Part shown: positions 18,591 to 28,749 of the stretch, in pieces
Numbering within the stretch: the stretch's first letter is position 1
Layout of the letters: each line of letters opens with the position of its first letter
DNA from: Candidatus Aenigmatarchaeota archaeon
GTDB taxonomy: Archaea > Aenigmatarchaeota > Aenigmatarchaeia > CG10238-14 > SCSR01
Assembly: GCA_039000165.1 (NCBI GenBank)
Contig: JAWBTW010000001.1
Coordinates: forward strand, 1-64,000
Direction: 5' to 3'
DNA: 64,000 nucleotides
Notes under the pieces: generated by a model
Told to the model about the DNA's origin: nothing
Seen by the model: only the letters and a program-made list of their open reading frames with translations
The model's database searches: none
Position numbers and translations under genes: made by a program

Positions 18591-19065
18591 TGTCTTCTAT
18601 AGTTTCTTTTTCAATATTATCTAAGAATTCGCTTAGTTTTTTTGTAAATTCCACATACTCCACATTCTTTTCAAGTTCAGTCTTTATGCTTTCTTTATCT
18701 ATTTTTGTTTCATCAAAAGTTGGAGCAAGGCTTTTGAAAAGTTCGGTCTTTATGAAAATTCTTATACTTTCTGGAATTACTTCCTTGTGAATCAAATCCT
18801 CGATTTTATTTCTCTTTTCTATCAGAACTTCTTCACATTTTCTCATAAAATTTGAGGCATAAGTTTCAAACTTTTTTCTCAAAATAGAAACATCTTTTTC
18901 TAAGGATTTTTTCTTTTCGAAAAAGTATAAGGCTAAGGCGAGTACAAAGATAGGAAAAATACCAACAAAAAGCAGAATATATTCATAAGGAACGGATTTT
19001 AAAAGAGAATCGAAGGAAGATAAGAGCGAGGTTATTAAATTCTGTAAGGCTTGAATAGGGTCCAT
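18577..19065 (-). CDS. membrane hypothetical protein
   Basis: TM helix; start overlaps the ppsA stop. Confidence 0.6.
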   Translation of the reverse strand: MDPIQALQNLITSLLSSFDSLLKSVPYEYILLFVGIFPIFVLALALYFFEKKKSLEKDVSILRKKFETYASNFMRKCEEVLIEKRNKIEDLIHKEVIPESIRIFIKTELFKSLAPTFDETKIDKESIKTELEKNVEYVEFTKKLSEFLDNIEKETIEDIKKF

Positions 19066-21341
19066 TATTCTTTCCTCCTCAAATCCTCTAAAATCCTTTT
19101 TTCAGTTTTTGCAACTATCTCTCTTACTCTTTTTATTGCATCAATGTTAACAGAAATGCTTGAAATTCCACACTCAACCAAAAATTCGACCATTTCGGGT
19201 ATATTGCTTGGAGCTTCTCCACAGATTGAACTTTCCACGTTATACTTGTTGCAGGTTTTTATCGTTTCTTTTATTAACCTTAAAACAGCTGGATGCATTT
19301 CTGAGTAAAGATGAGATAACCTTGCATTATTTCTATCAACCCCCAATGTAAGCATGGTCAGATCATTTGAACCTATGGAAGCAAAGGCTATACCTTCTTT
19401 ACAGAATTCTTCTATAGTTAAAGCACAAGAAGGTACTTCAACCATTATTCCAAGCTTACAACTTTTGGGTAGCCTTACTTCTAAGGCAATTTCTTTTGCT
19501 CTTCTAAATTCGTCGACAGAAATTATAAAAGGTAGCATTACATGAACGTTATCTAAACCTTCTTCATGCAATCTTTTAATTGCTTCAAACTCTGCTTTTA
19601 ATATTTCTGGCTCGTCAAGGCTTCTTCTTATACCATGCCATCCAAGCATAGGGTTATCTTCTTTTGGTTCTTCTTCTCCACCTTCTAAATGCTTAAGCTC
19701 GTCAGTTCTTGCATCCAAAGTTCTTACCCACACAGGTTTGGGATAGAAAGCTTGAGCTATTGGTCTTATGCCGTTAAGAAGAATTTGAATGTATTCTTCT
19801 TCTCTCCCTTCTCTTACAAGTTTTGCAGGATGTTTTCCTGATTTGAGTATCATATGCTCTATCCTTAGCAAACCAACACCGTCAACTTTTTTTACTATTT
19901 CTTCTATTCCTTCTGGAAAAGCAAGGTTGACTTTTATCTGAGTAATTGTTGGTTTTATTTCTTCTTCCTCTTCTTCTGGAGCTACTATTTCTGGTCTCTC
20001 TACCTCAATTATCCCAGGATAAATTAAGCCACGATAAGCGTCAACAGTAACTTCTTGTCCGTCCTTTAAAATTTTTGTTGCAGCTAAAGTTCCTACCACA
20101 CAAGGAATTCTCATTTCTCTTGAAACTATTGCTGCATGACAAGTTTGTCCTCCAGAATCGGTTATTATAGCTGCACACTTGCTCATAGTAGGAACCAGAT
20201 CAGGAGAAGTCATTGTTGTAACTAAAATATCTCCCTTTTCAACTTTATCTATATCTTTTAGGTCTAAAACAATCTTAACATTTCCTGAAGCTATTCCAGG
20301 CGAAACTCCTAGACCCTTAAGAATAGGTTCACCAACAACCTCCACTTTCTCAACTTTTCCTACAGTAGTTATCGCTCTTGTCTGAACTATATAAATTTTG
20401 TTTTTTTCTATAGCAAACTCGATATCTTGAGGCCTGCCGTAATGATTCTCCAAAATTACTCCATAATGAGCGAGTTTAGCTAATTCTTCTTCTGTTAAAA
20501 TTTGTTTTCCTTTTTTATCTCTCGGAACAGGAATTTCTTCTGTTTTGTCAGTAGCCAAATCTCTTATACGCATAATTTCCTTAAGTCCGATTTTTTTGTC
20601 CAAAACTTTGCCATCTTTTGAGACTATATAAATATCCGGAGTAACTCTTCCAGAAACTAAAGTTTCACCCAAGCCCCAACAAGCCTCTATAACTATATTG
20701 TCCTCGCCTGTAGCAGGATTTACAGTAAACATTACCCCAGCTTTTTCGCTGTTAACCATTTTTTGGACTACTACTGCGATACTAGCATGCTTAAAACCTT
20801 GTTTAGCTCTGTAAAAAATTGCTCTAGGTTCGTATAAGCTTGCAAAACATTCCTTCACGCATTGTAATAACTCTTTATGACCTTTAACGTTTAGGAAAGA
20901 AGCTTGTTGCCCGGCAAAGCTCGCAGTTGGTAAATCTTCTGCTGTTGCTGAACTTCTTACTGCAACTAATGCTAAATCTCTTCCTGACCTTACAATTTCT
21001 AGTTCTTTCCCTATATCGCTATAAGAAAGTGTTTCGTAAGCTTCTATGATTTCATTTTTAATAGTAGCTGGATATTCTTGAGAAACTATAATTTCTTTTA
21101 TTTTTTGTGATGTCTCAAGGAGTTGGGTAGTGTTATCAACATCACATTCCCTTAAAAGATCATCTATTATTTCTTTTATTTTGTTAATCTCTATGAACCT
21201 TTCAAAAGCTTTTGTCGTTACGACAAAACCAGGAGGAACAGGAAGACCAAGTTTTATCATTTCTCCTAAGTTTGCACCCTTCCCTCCAGCTATGTTTACA
21301 GAATCCTTAGAAAGTTCATCGAGCCACTTAACGTATTCCAT
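19065..21341 (-). CDS. ppsA: phosphoenolpyruvate synthase
   Basis: GGKGANLGE, AVRSSATAED, TCHAAIVSRE, NPMLGWHG and SIGSNDLT. Confidence 0.95.
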   Translation of the reverse strand: MEYVKWLDELSKDSVNIAGGKGANLGEMIKLGLPVPPGFVVTTKAFERFIEINKIKEIIDDLLRECDVDNTTQLLETSQKIKEIIVSQEYPATIKNEIIEAYETLSYSDIGKELEIVRSGRDLALVAVRSSATAEDLPTASFAGQQASFLNVKGHKELLQCVKECFASLYEPRAIFYRAKQGFKHASIAVVVQKMVNSEKAGVMFTVNPATGEDNIVIEACWGLGETLVSGRVTPDIYIVSKDGKVLDKKIGLKEIMRIRDLATDKTEEIPVPRDKKGKQILTEEELAKLAHYGVILENHYGRPQDIEFAIEKNKIYIVQTRAITTVGKVEKVEVVGEPILKGLGVSPGIASGNVKIVLDLKDIDKVEKGDILVTTMTSPDLVPTMSKCAAIITDSGGQTCHAAIVSREMRIPCVVGTLAATKILKDGQEVTVDAYRGLIYPGIIEVERPEIVAPEEEEEEIKPTITQIKVNLAFPEGIEEIVKKVDGVGLLRIEHMILKSGKHPAKLVREGREEEYIQILLNGIRPIAQAFYPKPVWVRTLDARTDELKHLEGGEEEPKEDNPMLGWHGIRRSLDEPEILKAEFEAIKRLHEEGLDNVHVMLPFIISVDEFRRAKEIALEVRLPKSCKLGIMVEVPSCALTIEEFCKEGIAFASIGSNDLTMLTLGVDRNNARLSHLYSEMHPAVLRLIKETIKTCNKYNVESSICGEAPSNIPEMVEFLVECGISSISVNIDAIKRVREIVAKTEKRILEDLRRKE

Positions 21342-21372
21342 ATTAATTATTTAGTCTATTAAAGATATCTTA

Positions 21373-21885
21373 TTATTCTTCTACTTCAACTCTTACAGGA
21401 GTGGAAATTTTGAGACCAGCTTTTTTCAAGGCTTTTTTACCAACTTCTAAGTTTTCTTTGTCAAGCTTGAGCATCATAATTCTTTGACCTTCCTTGACTT
21501 GAACAGCAGTTCCAACAGGTTTTCCAAAAGCTAGTCTCATTCCTCTTGAGTATCTGTCAGCTCCTGCACCTGTTGCTATAGGTTTTTCTCTTAACACATG
21601 ATGAGGGTAAAGTAAAATCTTGAAAAAATAATTCGAGCCTAAATTTTTTTCAAGAAACTTGTGAGCAACCACTCTTGCTGCTTCCAAAGCATTGTCTCTT
21701 ATTTGCACGCTGTTCTTTGCCACTAAGTACAAGGTCAAGTCATATTCCTTCCTCGTTCCCATTTCAAATTGATGTGTTTTTGGATAAGGCACTCCCACAA
21801 CATAACTTTTCCTTGGGACTTTTTTGCTGATTCTAGTGTAAGGTCTTTCTATTCTTCTCATCGTTCTTCCAGGTCTTAGCGCCAT
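21373..21885 (-). CDS. rpl10e: 50S ribosomal protein L10e (uL16)
   Basis: QIRDNALEAAR and GAGADRYSRGMRLAFGKPVGTA. Confidence 0.95.
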   Translation of the reverse strand: MALRPGRTMRRIERPYTRISKKVPRKSYVVGVPYPKTHQFEMGTRKEYDLTLYLVAKNSVQIRDNALEAARVVAHKFLEKNLGSNYFFKILLYPHHVLREKPIATGAGADRYSRGMRLAFGKPVGTAVQVKEGQRIMMLKLDKENLEVGKKALKKAGLKISTPVRVEVEE

Positions 21886-21991
21886 AAAACCACTTTAATC
21901 AAATTCTAGCTAGCAAATATTTAAAGTTTTAAAAGAAAAAAGTATTTAATTTAAATATCGGTTATATTAATAGAAGAAAGGAGGTGTAAAG

Positions 21992-22156
21992 GTGGCATTA
22001 GTTGTTAAGTCCGCAGTTAAGAATCAACTTAAAGGTTTCAGAGTTGGGGGAGACTTCTTCACAGCTTTAGACAAACAGATTACAGAAATCCTTAAAACTG
22101 CTATGGCAAGAGCTAAAGCAAACGGAAGAAAAACTTTAAGGGCATGCGACTTATAA
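21992..22156 (+). CDS. short histone-fold protein (DUF1931-like / face-to-face-type histone), 54 aa
   Basis: Read manually: MALVVKSAVKNQLKGFRVGGDFFTALDKQITEILKTAMARAKANGRKTLRACDL; SD GGAGGTG; T-tract downstream. Confidence 0.88.
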   Translation: MALVVKSAVKNQLKGFRVGGDFFTALDKQITEILKTAMARAKANGRKTLRACDL

Positions 22157-22223
22157 ACTAAGATTTAGAATTTTTCTTTTTCTTTTTTTTAAATTTTTAT
22201 AGATGAAGGAGTAAAATAATTTA

Positions 22224-22799
22224 ATGGAAAAAATAGTTGGAATAACAGGAACTATCGCTTCTGGGAAAGATACGGTTAAAAAAATTTTACAAAGTAAGTT
22301 TAATTGCTATACCGTTTCTCTTTCTTCCATAATAAAGGCAGAACTTGAAAAAAAGAAGAACAGAAATTTTAGTAGAAAAAATATGCAAGATTTAGGAAAT
22401 GAACTAAGAAGGAAGTATGGAACGCATATTTTGGCTATGCTTGCTGTAGAGTACTTGCAGAAAGATAAAGAGATGATAATAATAGATGGGATAAGAAATC
22501 CAGGAGAAGTTGACTTTCTTAGGAAGAAGTTCGGCAAAAAATTTGTTTTGATCGGCGTAGATGCCAAACCAGAGATAAGGTTTGAAAGAGTGATAAAAAG
22601 AATGGACGCTTCTGATCCAAAGACATGGGAAGAGTTTTTAGAGATAGACAAAAGGGATCAAGGAGAAAACGAGCCAGAGTATGGTCAAAGAACTAAAGAA
22701 TGTTTAGAAAAAGCAGACTTTCTAATAATCAACGAAGGAAGTCTTGAGGACTTGGAGAAAAAAGTGAATGAAATAGCTGAAAAAATTAAAGACTGGTAA
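22224..22799 (+). CDS. P-loop kinase (archaeal dephospho-CoA kinase-like)
   Basis: GITGTIASGKDT, IDGIRNPGEV and ADFLIINEG. Confidence 0.75.
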   Translation: MEKIVGITGTIASGKDTVKKILQSKFNCYTVSLSSIIKAELEKKKNRNFSRKNMQDLGNELRRKYGTHILAMLAVEYLQKDKEMIIIDGIRNPGEVDFLRKKFGKKFVLIGVDAKPEIRFERVIKRMDASDPKTWEEFLEIDKRDQGENEPEYGQRTKECLEKADFLIINEGSLEDLEKKVNEIAEKIKDW

Positions 22800-22833
22800 A
22801 TTTAAATAGAATAATTGTTAATTACTTGTAATT

Positions 22834-23550
22834 ATGAGAGTTAAGCTTTTAGCTTACACTCCGAACCCTGAGTTAGTGGTTGCAGCTTCTGCTACTACTT
22901 CTTTTAAAAAGAAACCACCTTCCCATACTTTTGAAAAATATAAAAGAGAAATGTCTAGAGAAAAAATTAAAAAGATAATAAGGGATTTGCTTAGACATAA
23001 TCACCTTTCTCCTTTAGAGCATGTTTCATTTACTTTTGCTTTGGAAGAAGTTTCAAGAAGTTTAACACATGAGCTTGTAAGGCATAGAATAGCTTCTTAC
23101 ACTCAACAAAGTCAAAGATATGTGAAAGTTGATACTAATGAAGAGTGGTATGTGATTCCACCAAAATTTGATGAAGAGAAGAAAAGAAAATTCGTTGAAA
23201 TAATGAAGAAAATAGCAGAATGGTACGAAGAATTTATAAAAGAAGGAGTAGCTTACGAGGATGCAAGGTTTATTCTCCCCAATGCTACAAAAACCAACAT
23301 TGTTGTTACTATGAACGCTAGGGAGCTTTACCATTTTTTTAGCTTAAGATGCTGTGCAAGAGCACAATGGGAAATAAGGAGTGCAGCCACAGAAATGTTA
23401 AGAATAGTTAAAAGAATAGCTCCCACATTGTTTGAAAGAGCAGGCCCTAGTTGTATGAAAGGTTTTTGTCCAGAAGGAGATCTTATGCCAGAAGAATGTA
23501 GAAAGATTGGAATAGCAAGAATACAGAAAAAGTTTAGGGAGCTGAAATAA
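22834..23550 (+). CDS. thyX: FAD-dependent thymidylate synthase
   Basis: HLSPLEH, ELVRHRIASYTQQSQRY and AQWEIR. Confidence 0.95.
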   Translation: MRVKLLAYTPNPELVVAASATTSFKKKPPSHTFEKYKREMSREKIKKIIRDLLRHNHLSPLEHVSFTFALEEVSRSLTHELVRHRIASYTQQSQRYVKVDTNEEWYVIPPKFDEEKKRKFVEIMKKIAEWYEEFIKEGVAYEDARFILPNATKTNIVVTMNARELYHFFSLRCCARAQWEIRSAATEMLRIVKRIAPTLFERAGPSCMKGFCPEGDLMPEECRKIGIARIQKKFRELK

Positions 23551-23702
23551 TGGGAATAAAAGGGCTAATAAGAGATGCTGTTATGATTTTTGTCGCGTTT
23601 CAGCTTTTAACTAATGGTATGGAAAAAACTCACTTAGCTTATCTTCTTATAGGTGTTGTTATCTTCTTTACCCTTCTCGGTTTTTGGAGGTTAGTTTCTT
23701 GA
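23550..23702 (+). CDS. small two-TM membrane protein (50 aa)
   Basis: Read manually: MGIKGLIRDAVMIFVAF...; overlaps the thyX stop and glyA start. Confidence 0.65.
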   Translation: MGIKGLIRDAVMIFVAFQLLTNGMEKTHLAYLLIGVVIFFTLLGFWRLVS

Positions 23703-24934
23703 AAGAAAAAGTTTTGGATATAATAAAAAAACAGAACGAATGGAGAAGAAAAGAATGCATAAATTTAATAGCCTCTGAAAGTGTTTTGTCACCTTTGGCA
23801 GAAAAGTGTTTTGTTTCTGATTTTGAAGGAAGATACAACGAGCATTCAGGAAAAGAATGCCATTACCAAGGAACCAAGTATTCTTACGAAATTGAAGAAT
23901 TTTGTAACGAAATTTTTAGAAAAAAATTTAAAACAAGGTTTGCTGATGTAAGACCGATTTCTGGAGGAATAGCCAATCTTATAGTTTACACAGCTTTCTG
24001 TAAACCAGGTGACATAATAGCAAGTCTGGGGATTCAAAACGGAGCCCATGTAAGCTCAAGCCAGTATGGTTTAGCAGGAGTGAGAGGTTTAAAAAGTGTA
24101 GAAATGTTTTTCGATGAAAAGAGAATGAACATAAACGTTGAAAAAAGTATCGAGTTGATAAGAAGAGTTAAACCAAAGCTTATAATGCTTGGAGCTTCTG
24201 TTATTCTTTTTCCTGAACCCATAAAGGAAATAAGTGAAGAGATAAAGGATGTGAAAATTGTTTACGATGCTTCTCATGTTTTTGGTTTAATCTATAACGA
24301 TGAGTTTCAAGAACCACTAAAAGAAGGAGCAGATTTGATAACTTCTTCCACTCATAAAACTTTTCAAGGGCCACAAGGTGGCTTAATAATCGGAAGCAAT
24401 AGTTTAAGTGAGGAAGAATGGGAAAAAATCCAAACAGCTATTTTTCCTGGAATATTATCAAACACTCACATTCATAGATTCCCTGCTCTTGCTATAACTG
24501 CTTTAGAGATGAATGAGTTTGGAAGAGATTATGCCAAACAAGTAATTAAAAACGCAAAAACCCTAGCAAGAGAACTTTATAATCTTGGTTTTAAGGTTCT
24601 CTGTCCTGAACTTGATTTCACAGAATCTCATCAAGTAATAGTTAACGTTAAGGAGTTTGGCGGAGGGAAGATAGTAGCTGAAAAGCTTGAAAAAAACAAT
24701 ATAATTTGCAACAAGATTGCTCTTCCTTCAGATTCTCCTCATGATGCAACAAAAAATCCTAGCGGAATAAGGCTTGGAGTTCAAGAGCTAACAAGGTTTG
24801 GAATGAAAGAAAGCGAAATGAAGGTTATAGCTGAATTTTTCAAGAAAGTTTTAATTGAAAATAAGAATGTTGAGGGAGAAGTAAAAGAATTAAGAAAAGA
24901 ATTTCAAAAAGTTTGTTACTGTTTTGAGTCTTAG
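23699..24934 (+). CDS. glyA: serine hydroxymethyltransferase
   Basis: INLIASE, YDASHVFG, SSTHKTFQGPQGG and SGIRLG; TTG start after GGAGGT. Confidence 0.93.
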   Translation: MKEKVLDIIKKQNEWRRKECINLIASESVLSPLAEKCFVSDFEGRYNEHSGKECHYQGTKYSYEIEEFCNEIFRKKFKTRFADVRPISGGIANLIVYTAFCKPGDIIASLGIQNGAHVSSSQYGLAGVRGLKSVEMFFDEKRMNINVEKSIELIRRVKPKLIMLGASVILFPEPIKEISEEIKDVKIVYDASHVFGLIYNDEFQEPLKEGADLITSSTHKTFQGPQGGLIIGSNSLSEEEWEKIQTAIFPGILSNTHIHRFPALAITALEMNEFGRDYAKQVIKNAKTLARELYNLGFKVLCPELDFTESHQVIVNVKEFGGGKIVAEKLEKNNIICNKIALPSDSPHDATKNPSGIRLGVQELTRFGMKESEMKVIAEFFKKVLIENKNVEGEVKELRKEFQKVCYCFES

Positions 24935-26118
24935 ATTTCAAACAACTTTGGCTTTTTTCTCTCTCTTTTTTCCATAATCTTGATAACTTCTCTGATTTTC
25001 CTTTCACTTTCTTCAACTTCTTTTTTAGTGTTCCCTATCCCACAACTATTGCCAACACCAACAACAATTATTTTTCCCTTCTCCTTAGTTCTTTCTATTT
25101 CCTTTTCGACAAGTTTCAAAACCTTTTCTTTTGCTCCTAGGATTTCCTTTTTCATGGGTTGAATAGCTTCTTCTTCACTCATTTTGATTACTATAGTGGT
25201 TATGGGAATTTTCTTTTGTACAGCTATGTTTTCTATGTAGGCTTTATCAACTCCTATTCCACCGATAGCAACTCCTATTCCTTCAGCTATACTTCCTGTT
25301 TCTTCACCTTCAAGCTTGACAGCAGCATCTATCGTTATTATTTTTGCTATTTTTTCCTTTTTTGTTAATTTCTCAACAGCTTTACCTAGCCTCCCTAACC
25401 TTCCACCAGGTCCTTTAGCTCTTATTATGTAAACTTCCTTTCCTCTTATTTTTCTCTTTGCAAGCAGAGTATCTTTTTCTATTTCCATTAGCCTGCTGTT
25501 CTCTACTAAACTTGCACCTATCAAGTTTCCTATCGCGTCACCTATAGGCCAACCGTTAGTTAATGCTTCAGTTCCGTAATATAAGGCTTTTGAGACTCTT
25601 TCTATAAGAGGCATGTTGAACTGGAACAACAAACCAAGTTGGAAATTTTTAGTTTTTTTCACTAAGCCTAAGTAATGCTTAACAACTTTAGAAAGATAGT
25701 TTAAACTTATAGCTCCAGACAATCCCATCATCAAGTTTGCTTTTGTTTCTGCATCATTTTCTTTGGCAATTTGGTCCACAAAATAGCTAAGCCTCTCTTC
25801 GGCCAAATTTGAGATGTGTTCAAACTTGCTTATTATCCCGTACGGGTCCAGCTTTACAGGCTCTATCGTGAAAAATTCAAGAAAGTGTTTAATCTTTTCT
25901 TTAAGTTCCTTAGAAGGTTTTTTTGCAATCTTTCTGATTAGTATATTTTGGGCGTCAGCAAGATATGAATCTATAGTTCTTGCTATCTCTTCCATCCTCC
26001 AAACAACTTGGAAATAGTTGAGCCTTAAGTAGAGTACGGGTAAGACTACAAAAATTATTATTAGGTAAATGATTGTCCAAATGTTAATTTCAGGTTTAAA
26101 AATATCCATTTTTATCAA
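24931..26118 (-). CDS. DUF1512-family membrane protein
   Basis: PIGDAIG, AKGPGG, IDAAVKLEGE and VGVGNSCGIG. Confidence 0.8.
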   Translation of the reverse strand: MIKMDIFKPEINIWTIIYLIIIFVVLPVLYLRLNYFQVVWRMEEIARTIDSYLADAQNILIRKIAKKPSKELKEKIKHFLEFFTIEPVKLDPYGIISKFEHISNLAEERLSYFVDQIAKENDAETKANLMMGLSGAISLNYLSKVVKHYLGLVKKTKNFQLGLLFQFNMPLIERVSKALYYGTEALTNGWPIGDAIGNLIGASLVENSRLMEIEKDTLLAKRKIRGKEVYIIRAKGPGGRLGRLGKAVEKLTKKEKIAKIITIDAAVKLEGEETGSIAEGIGVAIGGIGVDKAYIENIAVQKKIPITTIVIKMSEEEAIQPMKKEILGAKEKVLKLVEKEIERTKEKGKIIVVGVGNSCGIGNTKKEVEESERKIREVIKIMEKRERKKPKLFEI

Positions 26119-26197
26119 TTTTATAATGTGCCTAGTCTTTTTAAATGTTTGGTATATAAATATATCTTTTAAGCTCTAATAAATTTTTAGTGGAAAT

Positions 26198-26890
26198 ATG
26201 CGTTTTAAACCTGTACTAGCTGCCATAATAATAATAGCGATAATTGGTTTACTTTTTTTCACAGATTCTGGTAAAAAGTTAGTTGAATTTTTAAGCGGAA
26301 AAATTGGCGAAACCGCTTCTTTTATTCTTGGAAGAAATACAAAAACTTTCAAGATGATTCTAGAATTAAGTTTAGAGAATAAGAAAAACTTCTATGGGAA
26401 AAGTTTCTTGGCAGAAAATTCCAACTTTACAGCCAAAAGTGTTTACAACTTCATTTCTGTAGATGGAGGTATAGAAAAAATTTCTGGAAGCAAAAGGGTC
26501 GAAATAGAATTGAAAGGGTTGAAAGGTAGACTTGAGGTTTCAAATGTAGGAACTTTAAGAATTTCTGGGGAGGCAAATTACATAAGGATAGGAGAATATG
26601 AAAGAAGTAGAGATAAAGCTTATCAAGTCGAAATAGAAGCTTTACCCTTTGATTGTTCTCCTACCTGTACCTTTAAGGCTGAAAATCTTAAATCAGACTT
26701 AAGCTTTTCCGTGATTAATGGAGAAGTAAAAAAACTTAGGAATGACGGAAGCGTGGACCAAATAAAGTATTTAAAAGAAGAGAGTTTGATAATCCAAGGG
26801 TTTATTGGCAGCTTTGAGTTGAACAATTCTTTAATACTCAGTGGGGAAGCTACTCAAGTAAGAGGAAGTGATTTCCTTTACACAGGCTGA
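26198..26890 (+). CDS. membrane-anchored hypothetical protein
   Basis: N-terminal TM, beta-rich body. Confidence 0.6.
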   Translation: MRFKPVLAAIIIIAIIGLLFFTDSGKKLVEFLSGKIGETASFILGRNTKTFKMILELSLENKKNFYGKSFLAENSNFTAKSVYNFISVDGGIEKISGSKRVEIELKGLKGRLEVSNVGTLRISGEANYIRIGEYERSRDKAYQVEIEALPFDCSPTCTFKAENLKSDLSFSVINGEVKKLRNDGSVDQIKYLKEESLIIQGFIGSFELNNSLILSGEATQVRGSDFLYTG

Positions 26891-27338
26891 GCGAATGAAT
26901 GCTAAAAAAGAAAAACCTAGAATAGCTGTTTTTGTTGATGGTCCAAATATGCTTAGGAAAGAGTTTGCTATAGACTTGAGAGAGCTTAAGAAAAGAGTGA
27001 AAAAGTATGGCAGAATAGTTATAGCAAGGGTGTTTTTAAATCAATTTGCTCCTGAAAAGTTGATAGAAGCTGTTATAAACGAAGGTTTTGAAACTATAAT
27101 GGTTTTGGCAAAAGAAGAGGAAGAAGCTCAAGATGTAGATGTTGCTTTAGCCGTTTCAGCAATGGAAGCTATTTTAACAAAAAATATCGATGCGATAGCC
27201 TTAGCGACAAGAGATGCTGACTTTTTGCCAATAATTCAGAAAGCTAAGGAATATGGAAAAAGGGTAATAGTTTTAGGTGCTCAACCAGGTTTTTCAGCTT
27301 CACTAAGAAATGCTGCAGATTTTGTTGAAGAGCTCTGA
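26868..27338 (+). CDS. NYN-domain protein (TIGR00288-like)
   Basis: FVDGPNMLRKEF, DVDV and TRDADF. Confidence 0.85.
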   Translation: MISFTQAERMNAKKEKPRIAVFVDGPNMLRKEFAIDLRELKKRVKKYGRIVIARVFLNQFAPEKLIEAVINEGFETIMVLAKEEEEAQDVDVALAVSAMEAILTKNIDAIALATRDADFLPIIQKAKEYGKRVIVLGAQPGFSASLRNAADFVEEL

Positions 27339-27384
27339 AAGGGTTTAAATCTATAAAATACAATATAAAAATAAGGTGGTGTAA

Positions 27385-27714
27385 ATGGGTTTGATTACAG
27401 ATTTGCTCAAAGGTCTGAAAAAAGAAGAGACTCTAGTAGAATTGCCAGCAGAGGAAGAAGAGAAACCTTTAGTTCATGTGAGAGTTGAAACTTTACATGA
27501 TTTTGTTGATGTTGACAGAATAACAAGGTTAGTTAAAGAAGGAAATATTGTTTTCTTAAGAACTGCTCAGATGCAAAAACATGACCTAGGAGAATTCAGG
27601 AACAGCGTAGAAAAACTGAAAAGAGCAAGCAAACAGTTTGGTTGGGACATAGTTGGATTAGAAGAAGGTTATCTAATAATAACACCAAGCTTTGCAAGAG
27701 TAGAAAGAAGCTAG
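27385..27714 (+). CDS. sepF: cell division protein SepF
   Basis: N-terminal amphipathic helix; EGNIV and GWDIVGLEEGYLIITP. Confidence 0.8.
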   Translation: MGLITDLLKGLKKEETLVELPAEEEEKPLVHVRVETLHDFVDVDRITRLVKEGNIVFLRTAQMQKHDLGEFRNSVEKLKRASKQFGWDIVGLEEGYLIITPSFARVERS

Positions 27715-28070
27715 AGCTTAAAGAAAAGCCAGTAGTTTTTCTTGAAATTGACCAAGCAATACTTCCCTTGTAACTTTTTACCGTTTACTCTGAAAACTAT
27801 TTTTTTGTTGTCTTTTTCCTCGAGAAAATATGTTCCTTTATCCCAAATTTCAACTTTTCCAGCTCCGTATTGTCCTTCTGGAATTTCTCCTTCAAAATTA
27901 GCATACTCCAAATCATGGTCTTCAACTTGAATTGCAAGTCTTTTAACACCTTTTTCTTTTGGAGGTTCTTTTGGAACAGCCCAGCTTTTTAGTTTACCTT
28001 CCATTTCAAGTCTTAAGTCATAATGCAAATGCCTAGCTTGATGCTTGTGGATTACATAAATTTTTTCCAT
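27711..28070 (-). CDS. stand-alone LigD 3'-phosphoesterase
   Basis: HQARHLHYDLRLE, SWAVPK, VEDH and YGAGKVEIWDKG. Confidence 0.92.
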   Translation of the reverse strand: MEKIYVIHKHQARHLHYDLRLEMEGKLKSWAVPKEPPKEKGVKRLAIQVEDHDLEYANFEGEIPEGQYGAGKVEIWDKGTYFLEEKDNKKIVFRVNGKKLQGKYCLVNFKKNYWLFFKL

Positions 28071-28100
28071 ACTTATATTTTAGGAATAGAAAAATATGAT

Positions 28101-28724
28101 GTGGAGCAATTAGTTCAATTGATAGAAAAATTGAAAAAAAGCGAAGTAAGTAAATTAATTGAAACTAGGATTAAAGAATTCGAAGAAAACAGAAAAAAGT
28201 CAAGCGAAGAAATTTTTAAAGAGCTTTGTTTTTGTATTTTAACTGCAAACTTTAACGCAGAAAAGAGCATAAGAATTCAGGAAAAAATTGGTAACGGATT
28301 TTTGTTTCTGGAAAAAGAAGATTTAGAAAAAAAGTTAAAAGAGCTTGGCCATAGGTTCCCAAAGACAAGAGCTTATTATATAGTTGAAGCAAGAAAGTTT
28401 AAAGATAAGTTAAAAAAAATTATGGAAAGTTTAAAAGAAGAAGAATTGAGAGAATGGTTAGTAGAAAATGTTAAAGGTTTAGGATACAAGGAGGCGAGCC
28501 ATTTTTTAAGAAACATTGGTTATAAAAATTTTGCGATTATAGATTTCCATATTCTTAACTTACTTGAAAGATTTGGATTAGTTAAAAAGCCTAAAACTTT
28601 ATCAAGAAAAAAGTATTTTGAAATTGAAAATTTGCTTAGAGAAGTTGCTAAAATAGTTGAGTTAAATTTAGCAGAACTTGATTTATACCTTTGGTACTTA
28701 GAGACGAAAAAGGTATTAAAATAA
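28101..28724 (+). CDS. ogg: 8-oxoguanine N-glycosylase/DNA lyase
   Basis: ELCFCILTANF, VKGLGYKEASHFLRNIG and DLYLWY...VLK; start moved to GTG 28101. Confidence 0.9.
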   Translation: MEQLVQLIEKLKKSEVSKLIETRIKEFEENRKKSSEEIFKELCFCILTANFNAEKSIRIQEKIGNGFLFLEKEDLEKKLKELGHRFPKTRAYYIVEARKFKDKLKKIMESLKEEELREWLVENVKGLGYKEASHFLRNIGYKNFAIIDFHILNLLERFGLVKKPKTLSRKKYFEIENLLREVAKIVELNLAELDLYLWYLETKKVLK

Positions 28725-28749
28725 TTTTTTAGAAGTTCAAAGTAAAATT

